Source of the DNA: Camelus ferus
Taxonomy: Eukaryota
DNA: 64,000 bases
Direction of reading: 5' to 3'
Assembly: GCF_009834535.1 (NCBI RefSeq)
Contig: NC_045696.1
Location: 13,084,001 to 13,148,000 of the forward strand
The notes below the pieces were generated by a model, which was not told the DNA's origin, did no database searches, and saw only the letters and a list, made by a program, of their open reading frames with translations. The position numbers and the translations under genes were made by a program. The first letter of the stretch is position 1. Every line of letters begins with the position of its first letter. Positions 24,663 through 37,789 of the stretch are shown here, in pieces.

Positions 24663-26437
24663 TTTTTTTTTTTTTGCACAACTGAGTTTCATTCCTGTTA
24701 CATTTATATTTGGAAGATAGCTTAAAGTTCTATTTTCCAATATTTAAAAAAAATGATAATAGAACCAAGGCTCAAAAAAGTTGTGTGTAATTTCCAGGAT
24801 CACACAATCCTGAGGGTTTTAATATGATACCACTTAGAGGTATGACAACTTAATTCTCAGTAATGAATAGCTCCTTGTGGGCTTGGGTAGTGAGGCACAT
24901 GGCTGGTACCTGTAACAGTGGGGCTCTTTCTCTTATACCGTAAATCACAAAAGCATGAACCGCCTACTGTCTATGCCTCACTAGGGCCATTTATTGATCA
25001 AGACAAAGAGGCTTTAGACCAATTCAGGAATAAAAAAATAGGATGGGTTTACTCCAACATTCAGTGCCTCTCAGTTCATCACCTTTTGAATTAATCAAAT
25101 GCTAAATGTTTAATTGATTCCATTCCGAGGGAATTCTACTGAACTGTATGGTCTTGGAATAAGTCACTTGATTTCTCTGAGTATTGGATTACTGCCTTAG
25201 AGACTAGACAAGTTAAATTAGATCATCTTCCAACACTGCACTGCTATGTTGATTTAGTTCATCATAGTACAAGAAATAACATCTCTGACAAATAAGATCT
25301 AAGCTGAGTGGCTTATCTTTGCTGGGGAAATACAAAACCAAAATGGTTCTGACAGAATGATTAGCAGTACATTGATCCCTGAAAGATCAATTATGCCAAG
25401 ATTTATTTATGCACAAGCAAAAGACTGTTTAGTCGTTCTGAGCAATTTTGGTTGTTATCTTCAAATGCTGCCATCACAGAGGGAACTGCAGCTCTTGGTC
25501 TTGGGATTTAAATCATTTTAATGGGGTTTGTAATTCCACATCAAATCATGATTAACAATAAGAGAAAGTTCAGAAGCTCAAAAATCACCGTGAGAGCAGA
25601 GAAAGGAACCTGCAGAAAATCTACAAGCTAATGAGACGTCTGATGCACAAGTGTATATTTTCTAAGAGACACCATCCGTGTGAATGATGTTGATTTGAAT
25701 CAGAGAAATGATGAGTGTCTTGCAGCCTTCCTGTTGGCTAATCCACCAGAAGGCCAGCTGACCCATTCCTCAGATACCTGGTTCTGTTTCTTCATTTTCC
25801 AGCTGTCGCTGTGGACATTCCTCTGTCTGGCTTTCTCAGCAGGATCCTCCTATACATATATTTCCCTTAACTTTCCCCTGCCCTGATGTATTTGAGGCAA
25901 GCCTAACAATTCTTTTTTTTTTTTTAATTGCTGTTCGTTGATATTGCTAAGGACTGTGGGATTGAAAAAAGTAACAAATCTTAGAGAATCTCATAATAAA
26001 CAAAATCTCTAGAATTGGCTGAAATGTAAACAGGGCTGCATACACATTCTGGCAGCCTGTTTTTGAGACTACCAGTCCTTTCTATGCTGAGTTCTGGCCC
26101 AGGATGCTCAGAAGTCAGCCTAAGGTCCAGTAGGTCTGGCACCGTTGGTCCCCGCTTTGTGACGCACCTGCTTTCCTGTATTTCTTTGTGATATTCCATT
26201 CATTTACCTTTAGGCTATTTTTAAAAAAAATGGATCTTTCATCCAAATGATGTGTCCAGAGGTGAGGTGGTCTTTATAACATCATTATGGTAAGGTTTAT
26301 TTTCAGGTTATTATTTCCTCTCTTTGCCTTGATTCTTGGGGATGCCAACTTCTTTCTTGCTGATCTCTCACTTCACTTCTCGGTCAGGGACAAAACTTCT
26401 CTATAGCTCATCTGAACTTCAAATGGGAGGTTCTTTC

Positions 26438-26632
26438 CAGTGGTGTGCTGGTAGATGTTTTAACAGCCAGCTCTTAGAAGCAGAATTAAAACCTGGCTTG
26501 TAGCATTTGCAATGTGCAGTGTAAATACTCCCACTGTGACTGATTTCAAACTACCTACGTGGTACCACTGAACTCAGACTTGGGAAGGATGCACAGAACT
26601 GGCCCTCACTGGCTGACTCCAGCACCCCACTA
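26438..26632 (-). mobile_element. MER63A-like hAT-Blackjack element
   Basis: TIRs cagtggtgtgctgg / ccagcaccccact; gtgtaaatactccca, gatttcaa. Confidence 0.8.
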
Positions 26633-27099
26633 ATCTATTCTCCCTCTAACTAGTTTTTTTCGAGAACGGTGGTTGGCATGGTGCATGGAGAAAGTGAATT
26701 TATTCTTACTCTTCACTGCTTCTTAAAAAAAAAATAATGTCATTTTCCTTCCTCATCCTGGGAAGAAATCCCAGGCGGGTCCTATGACTTCTCTGGTGAT
26801 TCTCAGTATTAAAATATCTACTCAGTGCACTGTCCCTGTAAAAGAGGCTGCTGGTTGGCCTGGGACTTGGGGGCCTGCTGTACACTTTCTACCCCAGGTC
26901 CAGGTGACCGCAGCGGATCTTTTCAGAGCTAACATGTGGGGAAAATCAGAAATATTTGTTCACAGTCCATTGTGACTTGGCTTTATTGATGTGGGCCGAT
27001 AGTTTACAGTTTCGTAGGGGTTGTAATGGATGTTGAATTTTTCTCGCTCTCTCTCTCTCTCTTTTTTTTTTTTTTTAATACTTTTTAATCTGAACTAAT

Positions 27100-27328
27100 A
27101 AAGACTTTATGAACTCTGGAACTAGATTTCCTGGTTTTGAATCTTTTGCTAAGTGCAGTGTGACTTGGACATATCCCTGCTTCTGTTTTCTCATCAGGAA
27201 AGTGAGGAAGTTAATAGTGTACCTATTTCATAGTGTTTTGAAGATTAAAGGATTATTATGTATAAAGAACTTACAGGAGTGATGACGAGTGGTAGGTACT
27301 ATCTATGCATTAGCTATAATTATTATCA
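27100..27328 (+). mobile_element. MIR SINE
   Basis: gtgtgacttggaca...ttctcatc...aatagtgtacctatttcatag...ttagctataattatt. Confidence 0.75.
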
Positions 27329-28558
27329 CTATCCAAAAATGACGGCAGATGAAAATATCTGTTCCAACTTTCAGTTTGGACTTGCACTCTCTGGAACCCT
27401 GCTGTGGGCACCATGGTCAGTTCCATCACTATCTCTCACTTGCTCTTGTCCTCCCCACCTCTGCCCACCATGCTGCTTCTGGTTTCTCCAGGGTTAGAGA
27501 CGGGAGTGATGGAGGGTGTTGGTAAGTGGAAGAGCAGGTCTTATTTCACTGGTACAGATGGTAGTGGGGCAGTGTACACTGGGGCACTGGGGCACCTGTA
27601 TGGCTTCCTTTGGAAATACTTTTGACGACTTCCAGTTCCAGTTTTCTGGAGATACCTTTTCCATATGGCTGCTTCCTCTTCTCCCTCGGATCCTAGATTT
27701 TGGCTGCCTGTGTCTAGGTTCCTGATTAACCTTTGTCCCATTCAACTCTAGACATAAAAGCTCTTCTAATAAGATCATGCCTTGTGGTTCTGCCTCCCAG
27801 CAGGCAGTGCAACCAATCTCTCACCTTTAACCTTTCTATAAATTTAAGGGATGAATGTCCTTGGAATGGTTATTTTATGCCACCTTCTCTTCATTTGGCT
27901 TCAGGTGCTACCCCTCACACCTTGTGGGCAGGGAATGTAGGTGCCACAGCACAGAAGCTGTGAAGCAGTCCTCCGTCTCCAGTCTCTCCCAGGTCCTCAT
28001 GAGACTCATTTTCCAGTAGTTCTTCCTTTTGAATGAATAATTCCATTCCTGAGAAGCCATCCTAAAGAACTAAAGTTCAAATAATAAAAAAAGCTTTCTG
28101 CTCAAAGATGTTCTTTTTGTCTACCTTCTTTTTGTTTTTTTTTTTTTTAATACACTCTGAGGTGGGGGGTAGTGATTGGCAAAAGCTGTTAGAACTGGTT
28201 TTAGCCCCTCCTTTGTGAACCTTACATAGATATGACCTTAAAATTATGAAGATACTTGGCAGAGAATGCTCTCCATTTGGGGTCTCAGGTGAAAAGGTAA
28301 GACAGGAGGCTTGCATTTTGGCATTCTGCTACCCAGCCTTTCCTGGATCCTGCCAAAAACCTCCTTACTAAGTCTGTTATCGCTCAAGCTTTTCTGTCTC
28401 ACTAGACTAATTCCCTTCTGTGACTTTTGCATCTTTACAATTATTTTCTAGTGACAACCTTCTGCAGCACTTAAAACATTTATCAAATATATCTGCCTTC
28501 TGGTTTATCTAAAAATGTGTTCTTTAAAAAAATCTAGTTTATTTTTTGTCCCATACCC

Positions 28559-29301
28559 TGGGGTTGCCAGAATATTTTCTTCCTCTTAAAAATTACACCC
28601 AATATCAAGAACATTCCAACCAATTTTGACATAATATGTTACTGCTCTGTACATTTTATGTGTGTTTCAATTCATAATAAGTTAAAGCAGGATTTTATTT
28701 TCACAAGCTCCCACCACTGCCAATTTTTATAACCAGTTAGAATCAGCTAAAGTATTCAAGAAAGGCTTTGAAACTGTACTTTTGATTTTGAGAAGAGTTC
28801 TTTTATGGTTCAGATAAATGGCATTTTACATGTTGTATCACAAATCTTTAAATATAGAGCTTATGAATTGCAGAAGAATCTTTATGCTTTACACTAAGAT
28901 ACTTTGCATCTTAATGGAAATTTATCATTGATTTTATTTTGAATAACTTTCTTCTTGAGAACATTAAATAATTCAGTTTCTATTAAATTAACTTGTAACC
29001 TCAGGACTATATATCTGGCAATCTGGAAAAGCTGGTTAATACAGTGAAATATTAAACATACATAAAGGGTTATGAATATATGAAAGGATGAAGCAAGTGA
29101 TAGTATTAGAAGCTTCAAATATACTGGAGTTATATTATACTAATGTATTTACATGATATGTTTATTTATAATTATATGTGGATTATATTATTAGAAATCC
29201 TAAATAAACTGAAATGAAAGACCATTTAATTTTATAAAAGGGTAAATAATGAATCGGAATATAAGATAAAAATATTTCATTAGCTTTTCTTGGTAACTCT
29301 A
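28559..29301. mobile_element. Putative non-autonomous hAT-type element
   Basis: Imperfect TIRs tggggttgccagaa / ttcttggtaactcta around an AT-rich interior; no TSD seen. Confidence 0.3.
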
Positions 29302-29872
29302 AAGATGCTCAATATCACTAATTATTAGCGAAATGCAAATCTAAACTACAATGAGGTATCATCTCACACCAGTCAGAATAACCATCGTTAAAAAGTCTAC
29401 AAATAATACATGCTGGAGAGGGTGTGGAAAAAAAGGAACCCTCCTACACTGTGGGTGGGAATGTAAATTGGCGCAGCCACTATAGGGGACAGTATGGAGG
29501 TTCCTTAAAAAACTAAAAATAGACTTACCCTATGATCCAGCAATCCCACTCCTAGGCATATATCAGGAGAAAACATAATTTGAAAAGACACATGCACCCC
29601 AATGTTCACAGCAGCACTATTTACAATAGCCCAGACATGGGAACAACCTAAATGTCCATTGACAGATGACTGGGTAAAGAAGTTGTGGTATATTATACAA
29701 TGCAATACTATTCAGCCATTTTCAGCAACATGGATGGACATAATAAGCTGTAATGGAAAAGAGCCTGAAAAAAAAATATGCATGTATATGTATAAATGAA
29801 TCGCTTTGTTGTATACATGAAGCTAACATTGTACATTGACTACACTTCAATAAAAAATAAGAATAAAAAGAA
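29302..29872 (+). mobile_element. Young artiodactyl-type L1, ORF2 end and 3' UTR with internal deletions
   Basis: gaaatgcaaat...tatgatccagcaatcccactcct...gactacacttcaataaa plus A-rich tail. Confidence 0.9.
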
Positions 29873-29939
29873 AGTTTATGAACATGAAACAACATAAATC
29901 TAAAGCTATTAAAAATAATCAGAATAATAAATAAACAGG

Positions 29940-31555
29940 ACCCACATATAAAAACTATAAAATTATCAAATGGCCTAAAATAAGATTTTGAGAAATGAAA
30001 GACATACTATTTTATTGGCTGGGAGGTTTAAATATAAAATTATTAACTTGTCTCAAATTATTGTCATTTTAGCATAATTATTTGAAGACCTGATGAGATT
30101 CTTTTGGGAGGAGATGTGTAAAAAGTAATAAAACTTTCAAAAAGAATAAAAAATATATATTTTTTTTAAAGAATGAGTAGTGAGAAACTATGTTAGGAAG
30201 TGCTATGAAACTAAAATACTTTAAGCAGTGTAAGTCCGAAATAGGTTAATCACTAGAACTAGACAGCTTGGATGAATTTTTTGACATGTAAGTTTCAACA
30301 CCACAGACAAACAGTTAAAGAAAATAGTATCTAATAAATGGTGTTAGGGCAATTGGTTACCTATTTACAACAAGTTATATCTTTGGATTTTTGTCTCATA
30401 GCATACACCTAAAATAAATTCTACAAAGGTAAAAGAAATGAAAAGTCATGTAATTTAAAAATTTATAAGGTAACTACCAAATCTCCAGAGGAGGGAAAAC
30501 TTACTAAATGTAAAAATAATGGAAAAACCATAAGGGCAAAGATAGATTTTAATAGCACAAAAATTAAAACTATGGCTATAAAAACATCAGAATTAAGAAA
30601 TAAATACTTTGGGAATTTTTTGCATCAACTATGACTCAGGTTAGTTTTCTTTATTATAAACAATCCACAAAAATCAATAATAGAAACTTTAAAACCAGAA
30701 TAGATAAATGTGCAAAATTCTATCAGAAAATCATAAAAGATGAGCACCAACTAATCAATGAGCATAGAGAAACAATTTCAATACTGTAGTAATCAAAGTC
30801 TTGCAAATGAAGATGACAATAAAATGTCATTGCTTCCCAGCAAATTAAAGAAAATATTTTGTTTTTAATGAGAATATTTACTGCTAGTAAGGTAAGGGTA
30901 TCATGGAATGGGTACACCCATACATTGCAGGAGGGAGTGCAAATTGTTGCAAATCTTTTGGAAAAAAAATTGGTAATGTATACCTTCAAATGTTTCTTTT
31001 CTTTGAACTAATAACTCCATTTCTGAGAATCAATCCTAAGAAACTAAGCCCAAATGATGAAAAAGCTGTCTGTTTAGAGATGTTCCTTTTATGCTCTATG
31101 TAATAGTTAAAATTGGAAACCATTTTCGCATGCTAGGTAATAAAATAGCTAAATACAATCAGGTATTACCGCTCAGTGTGATATTATGATACTGTTTTGA
31201 GGTGCTTCTGTAAACATTTATAATAGGAGAAATATTCATGCCATAGTAAAGAAAGCAAGGTACTTTATCTATATATAAAATATACAGATATGTACATATG
31301 TATATATATTTAAAGTTTAATATACAGCATGAATACTATTACGTAAAACCAAAAAGAAAAAAGGATAAACAAAACCCCAAATTCCATTTAGATATACAAA
31401 AAAAAAAAAAAAAAAAAGAAAAGAAAAAGAAAAGAAAATCAACTAACCAAGTGTTAACGTTGATATTATTTTGTATAGTGGGAGTATGGTTGATTTTTTT
31501 TCTCCATTTTTTCCTATTTTCCATAATGAGTATATATTAGTTTTAGAATGGACAA
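29940..31555 (+). mobile_element. Ancient L1 (L1M/L1ME-like) ORF2 to 3' remnant
   Basis: A-rich; aataaatggtgttagggcaattgg, gggagtgcaaattg, ataactccatttctgagaatcaatcctaag. Confidence 0.65.
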
Positions 31556-33059
31556 AACAAGAAAGTTTTCAAAAGTAGTACACCCACACGTAATGGTTTC
31601 CCTGTATTAAATTTACATAAATGTGATTTTGTTAAGCAGAAACCCATTAGCACCAAAACCCACTTCCTATTACTGTTTGTCACTTCAGGCAGTTACTAAG
31701 AATCTTTCCCACCTTAAAGAATATAAACCTATTTCTTTAGTTCTGCAGCCTAAGTTAAAAGGTGGGATAAGTGCTAACATTTCTTTTTTAAGAAAGAACA
31801 TCAATTTCAGTGCACTCTCTACGTCACACTGAAAATGTCATTAGGAAATTGTAGTCCTTAACCTAAAAGCTTAAAATCTAAATTATGTGGATGAACCAGT
31901 TTAGACTCATGAATAATATGAATAGGTCTTTTAATCGTAAAAAGGCCCTGGACAATAAAATGAGTTGCTTTGAGGTTAGCTATTTCTTTTACAAGATGAA
32001 ATTTTATTTTCTCCTAGAAATATTTGAAAGAGTGAATGCTGCAGCTGGAAATCATTCCAACAGTGTTAGGGGGAAAACAGAGCTATAAATAGGATGAAGA
32101 AACAAGCGAGCAATTAGGAAATGGAGGAACACACTGAAGGGAACAATAGAGGCTGGAAAAACAGCAGCAGTAGATTCAAAACTGGAATCTGTTGAGTGTT
32201 TACTAATGGCCTGTATAATCAAGAAGAGACCCCCCATGATGTATGGATACACGTGACTTTCAGACATCTGGTTTCGCGTACTATAAAGAAGATTACAAGT
32301 TAGGACCTCTAGAAATGAATAATATTTTGCTGCCATTTCAAGAATAACATAAATAATGATTAGTGGTAAGAATTAATAAGTCTGATAATAAGACTATCTG
32401 TAATTAGCTTGTCTGTTACTTTTTTAAAAAAAGAGTTTTCACATGCAACATCTAGAAATTCTAGCTCATGTTGCAACTGGGATGTGCAGAGGAAAATAAT
32501 TATTTTTCTGCAATGGATCCTCTCCTTCTCTGGAGAGCTCATTTTCTGGTTAGTGGGGGAAAAAATTACCTAAATGTGCAAGGCAGTTTGAAGCTAAGAC
32601 CAGTTGGATGAATTAAATAGCCCATCCAGGCAACACCAAGGCTCTGTCGTATAATGGTTTTCAGTGTTTTAAGAGAAGCTTCTCTTCCAAAGATGGAGTT
32701 CAGGTGTGCGGAGGAAGGCTGTTTGCCCTTGGCAATGGGAGAGGGCTAGTGTGGCCTGATCCTTGACTCTATCCTGGGTGCAGTCTTCTTCCTTTGGTTC
32801 CCTTTGGATCCTGCCTCCCTTATAGTGACAAGCCTGTGGCTGGAGAACTCCCAATCCTTTTTAATGACTTAGGAATGGTCTGCCATTTCCCCTCAGTTCT
32901 TGGTGCTAGGCTTTAATTGAATAATTTCCTTAAACTGAATTTTCATGAATTTGTATATTTCTATACGTGCACGTGTGTTCATGTCTAGGTATTTATCTGT
33001 TCATACATGTTTTGTGGGGACAGGAGGAAGGGGAGAGAAAACAGGTAGTAAGATACATT

Positions 33060-33230
33060 TCGTGTCTATAAACTGCTAGGCATTTATAGCCTCATTATCA
33101 TATTTAATTTTCATGGAAATCTTAGTGATGGTTACTGTTATCACCTTTTACTCAATGAAGAAAGTGAAGCTGAGATGTGATATCAGAAATGGAGCCCAGG
33201 TCTACTTGAAATCAACGTCCATTGTCTCCT
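33060..33230 (-). mobile_element. MIR fragment
   Basis: cattatcatatttaatttt...aatgaagaaagtgaagctgaga...gagcccaggtct. Confidence 0.5.
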
Positions 33231-34730
33231 GGGATTGGTAAAAGTGGAAAAAAATGTTATATGCCTCCAATGTTCATTTTGTAATACCGCCACCCAAATC
33301 AGCTGTACCAATTCGCAATGTTACAGATTGTGCAGAAAAGTTCTAGCATGGTAACATCTTCATTAGGTTTGTGCACCTGTTACCAAAAACATTTTCTAGT
33401 TTGTTTACTAGAAATGTTCACTAGCTGCATGATAGTATCCATGTTAACTTCAATGTGCGTATTTTTGATATTCAGCGAGAATGAACATATTTCCATTTGT
33501 TTAAATGTATTTGTGTTTTTTCTTGTACAAATTGCTGCCTATTTTCAGTTTCAATCCTGTTGTTGCCATTAGGTGATACTGTGCTTATCCAGTTTTACGA
33601 GAGATTATATGCTATAGAAATATTTGGCATATTGATACCAAATATTGTTCTCATCCATTTGTTTCTTTTTCCTTTTCAATTGAGGTTTTTATTTTTTCTG
33701 GTAAAAATTTTGTTTTAAATAAAAGTTTAAATTTTTACATATGTAAATGTGCTAATTGTTCCTTTGTGATTTTATTTGGTACTTTAAACCTAAGAAAGTT
33801 ATCATTCCTCTGCAGATGTAATAGCTATTTTAATTATTCTAATTTTTATGAATTAAAAAAAATTGATTCTTTTATGGACCTTGATCTTATTTAGTGGATG
33901 ATATTAGGTAAATATCTAATTTAACTTCTTTTAAAATTGGTATCTTTTATCCTTATAATTTATTAACAATCTTTATTTTAATTAATTGAGTTTTAATATA
34001 AAGCTAATACAATCTCTGATTTATCTATTTTGTTCTATTCACCCTTTTTTTCTATTTTTGGGACAGAACTAAAATTTTGTAATTTTTATTTCATAAGGTT
34101 TTAATATCTGATAAACCTCAATTCTCCTAAAGTAACACTATACTTTTCCTATATTTAAAAAAACATGTGATATTCCCTTTTTAAAATATTTCTTTAATAC
34201 TCCAGTTATTCTGAATATTTTTCCAGAAGCAGTTTTAGAATTATATTGTTATCTTCTTGCCAATCCCTACTGGAAATTTAAATGGGATTATAATGCCTGT
34301 GTAAATTAAGTTTGTGAAAATATTCATCTCCTTATCAAGACCTAAATTATAACTCTTCATTTACTAAAGTTTTCCTTTATATTTCCTACTTAACATTTTT
34401 TCATTGTAAAAGTTATGTGTAGTTATCATTAAAATTTTCCATTAATATTTTATAATTTTATTATTGTTAAGAAAAGATCTCCTTTATTATTATATTTTAG
34501 CTACCTGTTTTGGAATACAAGCCTTCTATGAACTTTTTAGATGTCCCATCTTTCCATTCCACTAAGTTATTTTATTATTTCTAATTGTTAATTTATCTCT
34601 AATCACAAATTCACTTGGCTCTTTTAGTTATGTAATTATTCTAATTGTGCATAATGATTTTTCAGTTCCCAATATAATTTTTAGTTCTTATTCAAATCTT
34701 AATGTTTATTATTACAATTGTATTAGAAAA
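33230..34730 (-). mobile_element. Ancient L1 remnant
   Basis: T-rich; gctgtaccaatt, gaacatatttccatttgttta, ttttagaatt, tgggattata antisense ORF2 motifs. Confidence 0.6.
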
Positions 34731-35067
34731 ACCATTGTAGAAGAGACATGAGTTAGTTTCCCTGTCTGTTCAACCTCCCTTCCTAACTGTTCTGCTTGCA
34801 GACTTAATTCTGCTTGTTAGCTGAGCACTACAAGAGTACAGCCCAGTCATAGACGATTGGATAAAAAATGGGCACGTGATTCAGGGAAAGGTAGTTCATT
34901 GGACCTCCAGTAATCAGCAAAGACTGGGAGTTAGATGGTGTCCTATGGGAGCCATGAAGTATGCACTAAGGCTGGAGTTGACACTATGGCAATGCAAACT
35001 CCTGTAAATCCCAGGAGCAGGAACTGGCAGTCCTGCAGAAAGTCAGGCTCCAGGGAGTTCACATACC

Positions 35068-35070
<3 letters not shown>

Positions 35071-35102
<32 letters not shown>
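35071..35102. repeat. (AC)16 microsatellite
   Basis: Direct count. Confidence 0.97.
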
Positions 35103-35104
<2 letters not shown>

Positions 35105-35249
35105 CTCAACCCACTGAAAACAATCTAAGAGAACATCCAACCTCAGAAGCAGAGAGAGACAGAGAGAAACAGAAGCTGCTTGGTATCTTTCAACTTTCCC
35201 TTTTAGATCAGTTTCCTCTTTAGATTTTTAGTGTGGCTTCCCCTTTAGA

Positions 35250-36335
35250 TTTTTTATTATTATTTTTTTTTATTGAAGTATAGTTGACTCACAATGTTGT
35301 GTTAGTTTCTAGTGTATAGTATAGTGATTCAATTATACATATACGTATTTTTTTAATTTGTATTTATTTATTTAAAAAAATTTTAATTTTAGTTTATTTT
35401 TATTGAAGTATACTCAGTTTACAGTATTGTGTCAATTTCTGGTATACAGCATAATATTTCAGTCATATTTATATTCTTTCTCATATTCTTTTTTATTATA
35501 GATCACTACAAGATACTGAGTATAGCTCCCCGTGCTACACAGTAGAAACTTGTTTACCTGTTTTATATATAGTGGTTAGTAACTGAAAATCTCGAACTCC
35601 CATTTTATCCCTTCCCACCCCCTTTCTCCTCTGGTAACCATGAGTTTATTTTCTATGTCTGTGAGTCTGTTTCTGTTTTGTAAGTAAGTTCATTTGTGTC
35701 TTTTTTTTTTTTTTTAAGATTCCATATATAAGTGATATCATATGGTATTTTTCTCTCTCTTTCTGGCTTACTTCACTTAGAATGATGATCTCCAGGTCCG
35801 TCTATGTTGATGCAAATATCATTAATTTATTCTTTTTTATGGCTGAGTAGTATTCCATTGTATAAATATACCACAACTTCTTTATGCAGTCATCTGTCAA
35901 TGGACGTTTAGGTTGTTTCCATGTCTTGGCTATGGTAAATAGTGTTGCTATGAACATTGGGGTGCATGTACCTTTTCGAATCGGAGTTTTCTCCCAATAT
36001 ATGCCTAGGAGATTGCTGAATCATAGGGTAAGTCTATTTTTAGTTTTTTGAGGAATCTCCATATTATTTTTCATAATTGCTGCATTCTGCCCATATTTTG
36101 ATTGAGTTGTTTGTTTTTTTTTGTTATAGTGTTGTATGAGCTGTTTGTTTATTATGGGAGTTAAACCCTTTTAAATTGCATCATTTACAAATATTTTCTC
36201 CCAGTCTGCAGGTTGTCTTTTCGTTTTATTTATGGTTTCCTTTGCTGTGAAAAAGTTTATAAGTTTAATTAGGTCCCCTTTGTTTATTTTTGCTTTTATT
36301 GCTATTGCCTTGGTAGACTGACCTAGGAAAGCATT
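35250..36335 (-). mobile_element. Young artiodactyl-type L1 with two stacked 3' ends
   Basis: tttattgaagtata occurs twice (~35269 and ~35399); low-divergence antisense ORF2 3' sequence homologous to 29302-29872. Confidence 0.9.
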
Positions 36336-36612
36336 GATTCTACCATAACAAATCCTCCTTTTTTTGATCTGTTTCTAGTGGGTTTCTGTTTCTTACAACT
36401 GAAAATCCTTTAAAATGGTGTAAAAACAGGTTTCCCTGTTTCTAAAAGGAATGCCACATATGTTTCAACTTTTGATTTCATACAAACAGATATAGTAAGG
36501 TGTAATCCTTTTGTTACTTTAACAATGTTATTATATGGTATTGAATTTCATTAGACATGTGTGGGCATTTGTTGAAACTGTCATTTCATTATGACTTTGT
36601 TAAATTAACATT

Positions 36613-37130
36613 TGTTAAGTGGAGCACAGGGGTGCAGGATGGTGAACCCCAGTTCAACAACAGATCACAAGAGAAATTGCAGTAGAGAAGTTTATTACTC
36701 ACAGGTCACGGAGGAAGGACAGTATATACCTCGAGGGTCCACATGGGGGAAGAGGGAGATCAAGGCAGAGTGCAGAAAGAGAGAGATAGGGGCACATGCC
36801 TTTATTAGGACATGTGGGTGGAGTGCTTTGGGGTTCTCAGGCTAAAAGGCCAAGCTGGTCAGTTCAAAACAAAGGAGCAGCGTTTTGGTGAGCTCCATGG
36901 GGGTCTTAGCTAAGGGGTATACAAGAAGAGGGTCCTGGGAGAAGGGGGGCTGTTGGGAGTCACATCTGGAGCTCACATTTGCTCCAGATGTGACTCCCCC
37001 AGCTGCCAGTGAGGGCATGTGCTTGCATTAGGGGCCAGTGTCTGATTAAGGTCCTACCGGCCACTTGGCCAAACCAAATGGATGCTGAGGCAGCAATACC
37101 ATGGAGTGGCTCAGCTGAACTCTCGACACA
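36613..37130 (-). mobile_element. ERV solo LTR, family uncertain
   Basis: TG...CA ends, near-TSD catt/catg, minus-strand gtgagtAATAAAc, GC-rich block interrupting AT-rich L1-like DNA. Confidence 0.65.
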
Positions 37131-37789
37131 CATGCACTTTTTAATGTTGTCTAATATATCTACAGATAGTCAAATAGATTGAACTGTAAGTTCAGTTTTC
37201 CTGGCATTTGGTTAAATGTTCTTTTCATCACACCACACAATGCATGCTGCACAATATCTCAAAGGACAGAGACCATGTCCTTCTTATTTTTCCTAGGAGA
37301 GACTCACAGATTTACTATGATGTGTCTAATAATTATTTTTAGCATTATTGATAGCAAAATGGACCCTTTGATCATCCCATCTCCTGCCAAGGCCCTGCTT
37401 CTGTCACAGATTCTCAGCTTTCCCTCTTACCAGAACTTGCCTGCTCTTGATTCAGAAATATATTTCAGATAAATATCTGCCTGCAGCCTGAGGGGTAAGG
37501 GGAGCTGCTGGGTGGTTCTCTCCTCACCCCGGACGCTCAGTATTATTGCTAAGGGAATGGGCTTGGACACCTTTTCTGTGGCACTGACCGTGACTCAGCT
37601 CAACCATCTTTGCAAAACATGATACTTAAAATGTACATTGTCACATATGATAACTCAGTCTTTTTTTTTTTTTGTCCAGATTTATAGTCTGAACATTTTT
37701 GAGCATAGAGGGAAGTTGAAAAAATAGTACAATAGATTTAATGCTTAACACCACTTTTTTTTTTTTTAACCATGGCTGCTTCTTTTTCA

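Larger units (their letters stand above)
34736..36412 (+). mobile_element. Old MLT1 LTR split by a young L1
   Basis: gattgg...atgggcacgtga in the 5' half; gggtttctgtttcttacaactgaaa 3' end after the L1. Confidence 0.55.

Noticed and set aside
27494..27778. Overlapping ORFs with a KPYRCP zinc-finger-like motif
   Set aside because: No C2H2 spacing follows; coincidental match
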